DNA of 50,022 nucleotides from IMG/VR virus record IMGVR_UViG_3300037119_006434, positions 1-50,022 of that record; one strand, given 5' to 3'. Each line of letters starts with the position of its first letter. Position 1 is the first letter of the stretch. The notes under the pieces are model-generated. The model ran no database searches, had not been told where the DNA came from, and saw nothing but the letters and a program-made list of their open reading frames with translations. This document shows, piece after piece, positions 44,601 to 50,022 of the stretch. The translations under genes were made by a program, and so were the position numbers. This stretch comes from a virus. Lineage: Duplodnaviria; Caudoviricetes.

Positions 44601-46833
44601 GGTGAAGCTCGGTCTGAACTGTTTGGATAGGGTTGTTACGGATGGTACGGATGCCTTCTCGACCCATGGCGAGGAGGTCTGAGGTCCGGGCGGTTCCACT
44701 GAGGGTAGCGGCGGGGTTGTTCTCCCCGGCTCGGCGGATAGCGAGGCTAGCCCAGAGTTGGGTAGCTTCCCCCGCGGACCTCCTGGCTAGTTGTTGGAGG
44801 GTCTGAGGGATTTCAACCCCCGCGGCTCGGAGTCCTGCGTGAGCCAGGCCGGCTCCTACGCCGATGATTGGGTTGCCGGTGGCTACCGACGCCACGATAC
44901 CTGTGGCCATGGGGTAGCTGGCGACGTGGGCCATGGAGGCGAAGCCGCGCTCCCACGCGGCGAATTGCTTGTAGATGGGGAAGGGTTTTACGAACTTGGT
45001 GACAAGGCCGGTGCCGATGAGGTTGCCGGGGTCCCCCATGACTTCGGAAGTGAAGCGGAGGACCCCGCCGATTTCGGCTTGTTCCCAGGCCATGACCGCG
45101 GCCTGCCATTGGTACAGCCCGGGGCTTTGGCGTCGGATTTCGTTGAACCGGGCGGAGATTTCCCCGCCGTGGATGCCGGCGGAAAGGAGCCCGGCGACCC
45201 CGCCGATGGTGCCTCCGACTAATGCCCCGGGAGGACCGGCGACGCCGAAGCCCAGGGCGGCTCCTAGGCCGCCGGTAACAAGGGCCCCGGAGCCTTGGGG
45301 GAGGCCGTAGGCCCCGGCGAATCCGCTGGCCATGGCTGGGAGGCCGACGTTCTCGGAATACGCTTTCAGGGCCTCGAAGGGGAGAAGGAAGGGTTGGACT
45401 GCGCCGAGGGCCATCCACTCCCAGCCACTGACCCGGCGGACATCCGGGCTGATTTCCCCGGCCTGGCGGGCCTGGCGCATTTGGTCTTGTTTGTACCACT
45501 CGGTGGCGAGGCTGCGCCAGTGGACTCTCAGAGAGTCAATGGACTGCATGTAGTCGGGGTCTTGGTATTTGCGGGCGAGGTAGGCGTTGAATCGGGACAT
45601 GTCTAGGCCCTGGGGGATCGGGCCGGGGGCTGTGCCGGTGAGACTCCGGACTAGTTCTTCAGTGGTGAGGACACTGGTGTCTACGATTCGGGACTTAGGT
45701 CGGGTCTGGAGTGCCTCGATGAACGGGGCGGCCTCGGCGTCGGTTAAGGCCCGGGGGATGGTGTTGGGGATATCACCCCAGGCGGCCTCCATGATGGCTA
45801 GGTCTGTGGGGGTCAGACTCCCCAGGACTCTTCTCTTGTAATCCTCGGGACTGGGGTCATTGCTGGCGGCCTGGGTGGCGAATTGGTTCAGGGCGCCTTG
45901 GAAGTCCTCGGGGTAATCACCGGTATGCCAGCCACCCGGGGCGGATTCTAACCAATAACGGATGAACTCGGCCTTGGTATTCTCGGCTCCCGCCAAGGCT
46001 AAGGCTTGCTGTCCGGCGGTGATTTGTTCTATTTTGGATTGAGAATACTGGGGGTTCCAGTAGAGGATGAGGTTGGCGAGGGTCGCCGGGGCACTACCGG
46101 CGGAGGTTATGGCCGCGGGGTTGGTGCGGAAGGTGTTGGCGGTGCTGGTGAGGAGATCGGAGACATCGGGGGTCTGAAGGACCCGGAGCTGGTCTTCAAC
46201 CTCGGTCATGGACTTCTGGGTCTGAATTACTCTTCTGAGGCTGGCTTGCTGGAAGCCTTTGTAGGTCTGGGAGAGGTGGGGCTGGCCCTGGATCTTGGTA
46301 ATCTGATCCTGTTCGATTTGGGCCAGGGCGGCGGCACGCTCGGAGAATCCGGGCTGTCCACGTTGAGGAGCGGGAGGACCCGGGCCGAGCCCGGACTGTT
46401 GGTCGTAGGAGTTGATGGTGGCGACCATGGAGTCGATCTTGTCGGCCAGGGCAGGGTCGGAGGAGATCCCGGACTGCTGTAGACCTTGGGCAAAGGCCCG
46501 GGGGTTAGAACGGTCGAGGTTGGCAAAGGCCGGGGATTGGAGGGTGGTGGTGAGGTGCTGGAAGGCTTCTTCGGGGGTGGAGTATTGGGCGAGGGTGATG
46601 GGTTGGGGGACTTCCCCGCCAACGGAGTAGGCGTTGGGGTTAGCGGCCTGGCGGGTAGAGCCGCTGGGGCCGGGACCTGGGATACGGAAGAGATTGGGGT
46701 TGGTGTCGTCCCACCCGGACTCGTTGGCGGCCAGGGCTAGGGAATAGGAGGCCGGGATACCGGTATCTCTCTGGAGTTTCTCGGCGTAGGGCCTGAGCCT
46801 GGTGGCAAACCCACGACGGTAGTCTATGGCCAC
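38638..46833 (-). CDS. Giant internal virion / ejection protein with GH73-like N-terminus and ART-like domain
   Basis: 2731 aa; N-terminal LALAANESGW...NLF; glycine-rich hydrophobic segments; HGT...YGKGFYTT...GFEGI...VVF motifs. Confidence 0.75.
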   Translation of the reverse strand: MAIDYRRGFATRLRPYAEKLQRDTGIPASYSLALAANESGWDDTNPNLFRIPGPGPSGSTRQAANPNAYSVGGEVPQPITLAQYSTPEEAFQHLTTTLQSPAFANLDRSNPRAFAQGLQQSGISSDPALADKIDSMVATINSYDQQSGLGPGPPAPQRGQPGFSERAAALAQIEQDQITKIQGQPHLSQTYKGFQQASLRRVIQTQKSMTEVEDQLRVLQTPDVSDLLTSTANTFRTNPAAITSAGSAPATLANLILYWNPQYSQSKIEQITAGQQALALAGAENTKAEFIRYWLESAPGGWHTGDYPEDFQGALNQFATQAASNDPSPEDYKRRVLGSLTPTDLAIMEAAWGDIPNTIPRALTDAEAAPFIEALQTRPKSRIVDTSVLTTEELVRSLTGTAPGPIPQGLDMSRFNAYLARKYQDPDYMQSIDSLRVHWRSLATEWYKQDQMRQARQAGEISPDVRRVSGWEWMALGAVQPFLLPFEALKAYSENVGLPAMASGFAGAYGLPQGSGALVTGGLGAALGFGVAGPPGALVGGTIGGVAGLLSAGIHGGEISARFNEIRRQSPGLYQWQAAVMAWEQAEIGGVLRFTSEVMGDPGNLIGTGLVTKFVKPFPIYKQFAAWERGFASMAHVASYPMATGIVASVATGNPIIGVGAGLAHAGLRAAGVEIPQTLQQLARRSAGEATQLWASLAIRRAGENNPAATLSGTARTSDLLAMGREGIRTIRNNPIQTVQTELHRLGLFIFQTGFTPPFISRVGTRTGAPVHADLSPLIKSLGVQLAPEETKVVLHNITDAIYSNIGRGSFYKRPEIANRIAAALGIDPAVTTKIGDKVLTNNQIIRNWMRRFEKGTFDSGLAPFTRRPTDGAVNPSANPNRALEDFGNKHEESLLNLYRHPSYQMSHSEGIVNHLQRWQDQAARWPVISFMNRMVMSASRHNLFYTFYGPVNVEENAQRMFLGGVNPFPGAPGSQWYATSLDLGHMFHAATGDIPNKQAIIGALSDAFQGSLPVLASLPDNPTQVLIGLNTREGRLPGITRGIPDTLRSGFLQGRGTRAADWIEAHVPKQFYSLAHWGEAWQGVTRRQENYYLYNKWIQSLAGSNPEEFKAILGAVGDINDTPLKDTLTTDVKRSIQQKLNTFALMVDPRTIRAMKMTHADLVNTNITNAFVKVISRYPQLGEMHSRAILHGVQTGEFQLGRNAAETTTNMLSYLERVRLSWWDQSVMGQLEYHSHVADQVRRELLGFHPEHPEDVVSMLTTMDNTLMSMETSTTHIMESMVNRGDELGTAERRQLFSHGLESLTSLTDKLGQTYAAASTRLMDRIRDPAMGYTPAQQDLFSRWLKLFNREVDSIRQARLAEETRHEEVFVKGSGSYTQHRALVREAWDRHHHRHAEIEMEARDITDKLAASFGIPHTPGSIQLPGNGTLTPIDVSRMYNSLPSALIHQMVEPISMTLQSRRAFIEKHLVQAEHLADGLGQKAADFGFTENTLGQVYDNLLRSVSLNPSGETIVRWTKPPGWIRSAHGTPATYGAIDPGTMISGQYGKGFYTTDAPFIGKPGITEGYAMAGLSGARVRVSDLEQELRRVQLAEQGAEFVPGTSRTEDAQARLASARQHLAEVEAQVTPQTRVLDIPENMNFYDVTGGMTHETWDRPTAPPLEEAPPEIGQELGQIGNRLRDIGDQLIDLQDTPGARDQIIALENERQTLYDRARDLNFESAIQRNDPEDIRRGVDDLESFRLEIQAEEIDRMTPNQRQQHSDFLDQLDAKIARGKAALRDLELIPGDFSAPVPAGLLDKAEAQFPGTRDEFEEYLTDLKGQASSGYLHPRESHGLVLPNGEVNEAEAFYRHMERMIHERPNTYKHNLLISAHDLETRLEIAANPAIDISTLDPLEKLTMEQMRVDPSFWQAQLRDLHSQIDNIPPSPTSVNDWLAQQGFEGIKHIGGVNSDLGAHTVRVVFPESIGKTRNSLTNFDKSEVKVGNVDLPSAAMFRGLAGDLVGEMTTAGLPANAHNHLNDFIEQAARNLEDLRDPAGAAVRHTQAAAEHQRNITSLESQVLGGNLPNDTILDLQAQRARAVEARDAATTAAFQQRGKTWDQAAWQQSRRGAMDQANVEYARDFPDYSNQNMFDAVMKGFYPFWIYEKERFPWLLRTAARRPSTLLTWGKYMENTDEGYITVPGTNFQINPLRGGVAMGGFRRLMMRDTPEYYDQFPEAVTGVVDRMSRAGFYPGIHVTAPLAYFGGTNLQSGEIMPPWANTFLGVINTAPIPDATRRTINDQLFPDRFREFRVIQEVGEQTGDGDLGNRIYAKLQARVPLTPAEQSAWNAAEQRVWFVAGTLDSQVGMFRLRGAQKVALHQALKEADSALSGVPLTEMEAIDKAQPVTGKRFSDIYPADPLQQWVRAEYFDKMRGFLRPQTTPLVPSSLGRQQTIIQSYYRDVESVQEALRTQGFRGKDEAGRDVLLAKSTQQLDQEFKAGKLTPDEYRNQLADTYTRAQAAQDAIGQTMQYAGVPKSRKEREDFYREHGILVPTFSPGQELLWEYYQIRPEQRQDEDGILRPDYDQYFQKLDTLVNAMEPGVQQRFLARIQAEWTDTQRLQWQHSKAYLAAYRNIRNVVIQQLPADQQAVINQFRTADTAEKQRLQSAVDARGQPVLAHFNRTMTTFRNNLRMADPNLDAALLFWGKTDKVLSPEAVKVYNQLIAEHRPGAEPIQWRPNSSQQMLTASIP

Positions 46834-46843
46834 GGTATGCTCC

Positions 46844-48559
46844 TTAGGCTAGGCCGCCGGGCGCGACCCCGGCCGCGGACTCGAGGGATGAGCCGGGCTG
46901 GACGGTGTTGTTGGGGTTGATGGGGGAGGCCCCGTTGTTGGGGGGTTGCTGGGCTCCGCCGGCCTGGATTTGCTGTTGGAGTTGCTGACCGACAGCGACG
47001 GCCGCGGCGGCGAAGAGGTTGGCGCCGTCGGAGTCGCCGGCATCTTGGAGAATCTGGGACTGCTCGTTGTAGGCGCGGACAAGGTTGATGCTGATGGCGA
47101 TGGGGTGTTGCTGGGACTGCTCGGCACGGACCCGGGCCATCTCGCGCTGGGGGTCGGTGATCTCGGGGAAGAGCATGTCCATGATGATGGCCTGGGAGAG
47201 TTGGAAGTTAGGGTTGAGTAGCCGGGCGGTGGTGCCGCGTTGGGTGAAGTCTCCTGGCACGGAAACATGGAGCTGGGCCTCGACTTCAATCATTGGTGGG
47301 ATCTTGGGCACCTTTAGCTCGTAGGGTCGCCGGCCATGGTTGATGATAAGGTCCAGCCAGAAGTTAGCGATGTCGGACTGAGCTGTTGCTGAGGCTTCAC
47401 CGTAGGGGGTTAGGTGTTGCTGGGCGGAGGCGGAGACTTGGGAGATGAGGTAGCCGGTGACCTGGGCCTGGATGTTGCCAAACATCATGTGTGGGAGACT
47501 GCCGCGTTGGAGCATCCCGTCGATGTCGAACAGGCTTGTCCTGAAGTCGACAGGGATGGGAGGTTTGGCTAGGTAGCCGAGGTCATCCTGCAAGCCCATG
47601 CGGAAGTGGGCGCCGCGGCGGTAGAGTTGTTGGGGATCGCCGACGATGTTCCCGCCTGATCTTTTCTCGTAGCTGACGGGTTGAGCGGTGTCGCGGAGAA
47701 GCTGCTGGAGGAAGGTCATCTGGCGGTTGTAGTTTCGCTGGACGAATTCGTTGGTGGCCAGCATTGCTTCCCCGACGTGCTCTTGCCAGGAGAGGTTGGT
47801 AACGATTGAGCCGCGGTCTGGCAACCCCCCTGCAGGACTCACGAATACTGGGAGGCGGTAGAAGTCTGGAGCCGGCTCGGGGCCGAAGATGATGGTGCCT
47901 TGGAGCATGACTAGGTTCGTGGGCACCCCGGTGTCTTCATCCAAATACCAGTAGTCGTCGACGGGGAATGGCCCAGCCCCGGTGATTCCTTGGGGGATTG
48001 CCCAACCAAGGTTCGCGGCGTTGCGGTTGAGTGCCCGGAGACTCATGAGCTGGGCGTGGACTACTTCATCCAGGCCGATGTCGTCGTCCCAGTGGGGGTA
48101 TGTGTCCACCGGGGACCAGATTTCGGCGCGGCAGACTTCAGTGCCGAGGCGCGGATCCTCGACTATGTCCGCGTAGACAGCGAACCAGCCGGTGGCCAAA
48201 ATGTAGGCGTTTAGTTCCCGGCGCCAACCCTTGCGGCCGCGGGTTCGGTTAAAGGCGTCGACCTTCTTCCACATGATTCGGAGAGCACGTTCTACTTCGG
48301 AGGTATCGGGGACTTCAATGTCTTGCAGGGGATCGATGGGGATCCGCATGGGGACATCGGGCGGGGTTAACAAGTGAAGAGCTAGATTATACGTTGTTCG
48401 GGGGTTATTGCTGATAAAGGATTCAAGACCTTCTTGTTGGAGATCATTGGTTTGAAGGAGCTGGGTGTACCAGTTGCGGATTTGGGTGTTTCTTCTGGTC
48501 CAGTTGCCTTTGAGGACGCCGATGGCCTGGGCGGCGGTTTGCGCGGTTAGTGGCGGCAT
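46844..48559 (-). CDS. Portal protein
   Basis: 571 aa directly after terL; Gln-rich C-terminus typical of podovirus-type portals; mainly positional. Confidence 0.75.
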   Translation of the reverse strand: MPPLTAQTAAQAIGVLKGNWTRRNTQIRNWYTQLLQTNDLQQEGLESFISNNPRTTYNLALHLLTPPDVPMRIPIDPLQDIEVPDTSEVERALRIMWKKVDAFNRTRGRKGWRRELNAYILATGWFAVYADIVEDPRLGTEVCRAEIWSPVDTYPHWDDDIGLDEVVHAQLMSLRALNRNAANLGWAIPQGITGAGPFPVDDYWYLDEDTGVPTNLVMLQGTIIFGPEPAPDFYRLPVFVSPAGGLPDRGSIVTNLSWQEHVGEAMLATNEFVQRNYNRQMTFLQQLLRDTAQPVSYEKRSGGNIVGDPQQLYRRGAHFRMGLQDDLGYLAKPPIPVDFRTSLFDIDGMLQRGSLPHMMFGNIQAQVTGYLISQVSASAQQHLTPYGEASATAQSDIANFWLDLIINHGRRPYELKVPKIPPMIEVEAQLHVSVPGDFTQRGTTARLLNPNFQLSQAIIMDMLFPEITDPQREMARVRAEQSQQHPIAISINLVRAYNEQSQILQDAGDSDGANLFAAAAVAVGQQLQQQIQAGGAQQPPNNGASPINPNNTVQPGSSLESAAGVAPGGLA

Positions 48560-48618
48560 TGGTCAGGCCCTCCTCGGGAGCTGGGATGATCTCCGGCGCC
48601 CAAAGGCGGCAAAGGTGG

Positions 48619-50019
48619 TTACCATTTCTCGTTCCAGCCGCCAACCCCGGCGAACCCGGTACCGGCGCCGACCAGGCTTCGGGAGACGATGCCAATCGCC
48701 GAGGACATGTAGAGGTCGGAGAGGCCGATGTGGATGTAGCCCTCGCGGCTGGTGCCTTCTGGGTATCTCACGCCGCGGATTTGGCTGATTATGCGGGAGT
48801 CGTGGCACTCTAAGGCTGGTAAATGCTTGCTGACTTCTTGGACCATGAAGGGCTTGGTTCGGGGGGTGGTGAGCCAGCCGTAGTCGGTGCTGATACGCTC
48901 GGTGAAGGGGTCTCTTCGGTTGGAAAGCCGCGGATATTTGTGGACGTTCCTCAACTCACTGATGACTGCTAACCCGTGGCTGTTGGCCTCAGGGACTAAG
49001 GTCGCGGTATTGTAGTACCGGGCGAGTTTGGCGGCTTTGGTGGCGGTGAACTCGGTGTCCCAGAAACCTACACCTGTGGCGACGTGGATGCAGTGGGTGA
49101 CTTCGGGCTCCTCGGCCGGGATATATCGCCACACGGTTATCGCGGACTCGGTCTGCCGGCCTTGACCTGGGTCAACTGCCACTACGTAGGCGAAGTCGGG
49201 GTCGGGGGGCTCCCACACCTCGCAGTTCTCGAACCCAAGGGGGGCGGGGTAGCACAGCCGGGACATGTTGTCGAGGGTCTTGGAATCATGGACCATGTCG
49301 CCGGCGGCTAGGAAGCAGGAGACGTCATCCTCGGGGAATTCCTGGCCGAAGAGGAGTCGGGTGGTGCCGTCTCGCCGGAGGGCCTCAAGTTCCGCGGTCT
49401 TGGCCCGGCGCCATCGGAGCTGGTTGTGGTCTAGTCCCCGGCGGACTAAGACCTCTTCTTCGCTGTCGAGGTTGGTTAGCTCGGGGGTGCGGTCTCTGGG
49501 GAGAGCCAGGGGGGAGTTGATGGGTAGGCGGTATTCGGGGTGAAGGTACCAGGGGTAGAAGTGGTGCTGCCAGATGCTGCTACCTGTCTTGGCTGCGGTA
49601 TACAGCTCGTTGAAGGCGTTTTCCTCGCCGTTAGGGGTTGACCCGACGACCATACGGCCCCAGGCTGGTACACGTTGGAGGCTGGGGACCATGATGCGGT
49701 CGGGATCGGACCAGAAGGCGTATTCGTCGCAGAGGAAGTTGTGGATCGGCTCTCCCCGGCCGAATACGTGGGCGCGGGCGGAGCCAATATATAGTACACT
49801 GTTGAGTTCTGGGAAGAACTTCTCATTGGCGGAGCGGTGGCTCATTACTGGTTTGAACTCCGCCGGCAGGTGGTCGTAGAAGAATTGGGCTTTGGAGAGG
49901 AGGCGCTGGGTGATGAACTCCTCGTGGGCGACGATCACGGAGGTGGTCCCCGGGGTGCAGATGGTATCGGCGAAGAACAGGGCGATGACGATTGTGGAGA
50001 AGCCGACCTGGCTGGGCTT
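48619..50019 (-). CDS. terL: Large terminase subunit, C-terminal part (526 aa when joined to 1-306)
   Basis: GRGE, Walker B FLCDE, GSTPNG, QEFP, nuclease AVDPG, EANSHG, GWLTT. Confidence 0.92.
   Translation of the reverse strand, partial: KPSQVGFSTIVIALFFADTICTPGTTSVIVAHEEFITQRLLSKAQFFYDHLPAEFKPVMSHRSANEKFFPELNSVLYIGSARAHVFGRGEPIHNFLCDEYAFWSDPDRIMVPSLQRVPAWGRMVVGSTPNGEENAFNELYTAAKTGSSIWQHHFYPWYLHPEYRLPINSPLALPRDRTPELTNLDSEEEVLVRRGLDHNQLRWRRAKTAELEALRRDGTTRLLFGQEFPEDDVSCFLAAGDMVHDSKTLDNMSRLCYPAPLGFENCEVWEPPDPDFAYVVAVDPGQGRQTESAITVWRYIPAEEPEVTHCIHVATGVGFWDTEFTATKAAKLARYYNTATLVPEANSHGLAVISELRNVHKYPRLSNRRDPFTERISTDYGWLTTPRTKPFMVQEVSKHLPALECHDSRIISQIRGVRYPEGTSREGYIHIGLSDLYMSSAIGIVSRSLVGAGTGFAGVGGWNEKW
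49894..50019 (+). repeat. Terminal direct repeat, copy 2
   Basis: Identical to 1-126; the last three bases (TTC) do not match 127-129 (GAG). Confidence 0.95.
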
Positions 50020-50022
50020 TTC

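Noticed and set aside
38638-46833. Virion RNA polymerase
   Set aside because: No DxDGD-type or T7/N4-type polymerase motifs found by eye, and the genome has host-type sigma70 promoters.
1-50022. Stop-codon reassignment
   Set aside because: Conserved genes are full length in the standard code, and TAG, TGA and TAA all end genes normally.

Overview
The window is an apparently complete, circularly permuted ~49.9 kb genome of a high-GC tailed dsDNA phage. A 126-bp end overlap splits the large terminase gene across the two ends. The + strand (about 3.3-24.9 kb) carries many small early genes, then a replication/recombination module: AAA helicase-like ATPase, Cas4-like exonuclease, Sak4-like ATPase, ERCC4 nuclease, amino-methyltransferase and family A DNA polymerase. 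The - strand (3.2 kb through the junction to 24.9 kb) carries a candidate small terminase, lysis genes, large terminase, portal, a 2731-aa ejection-type protein, scaffold, capsid and tail/fibre genes, in a podovirus-like layout. I recognise no integrase, repressor, phage RNA polymerase, spanin or CRISPR array, so a lytic phage of a monoderm high-GC host (Chloroflexota or Actinomycetota) is inferred. The most interesting non-obvious signals are: (1) two diverged copies of a structured non-coding RNA motif (6897-7091, 14788-15058) sharing five ordered sequence anchors and T-loop-like hairpins; (2) two single genes each enclosed by a long inverted repeat; (3) an array of five TetR-operator-like palindromes in the likely terminus region; (4) repeated double-hairpin leaders on early genes; (5) direct-repeat-bounded gene cassettes; (6) an ADP-ribosyltransferase-like domain split by insertions inside the giant virion protein. 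All calls come from reading motifs by eye; no database search or folding program was run.
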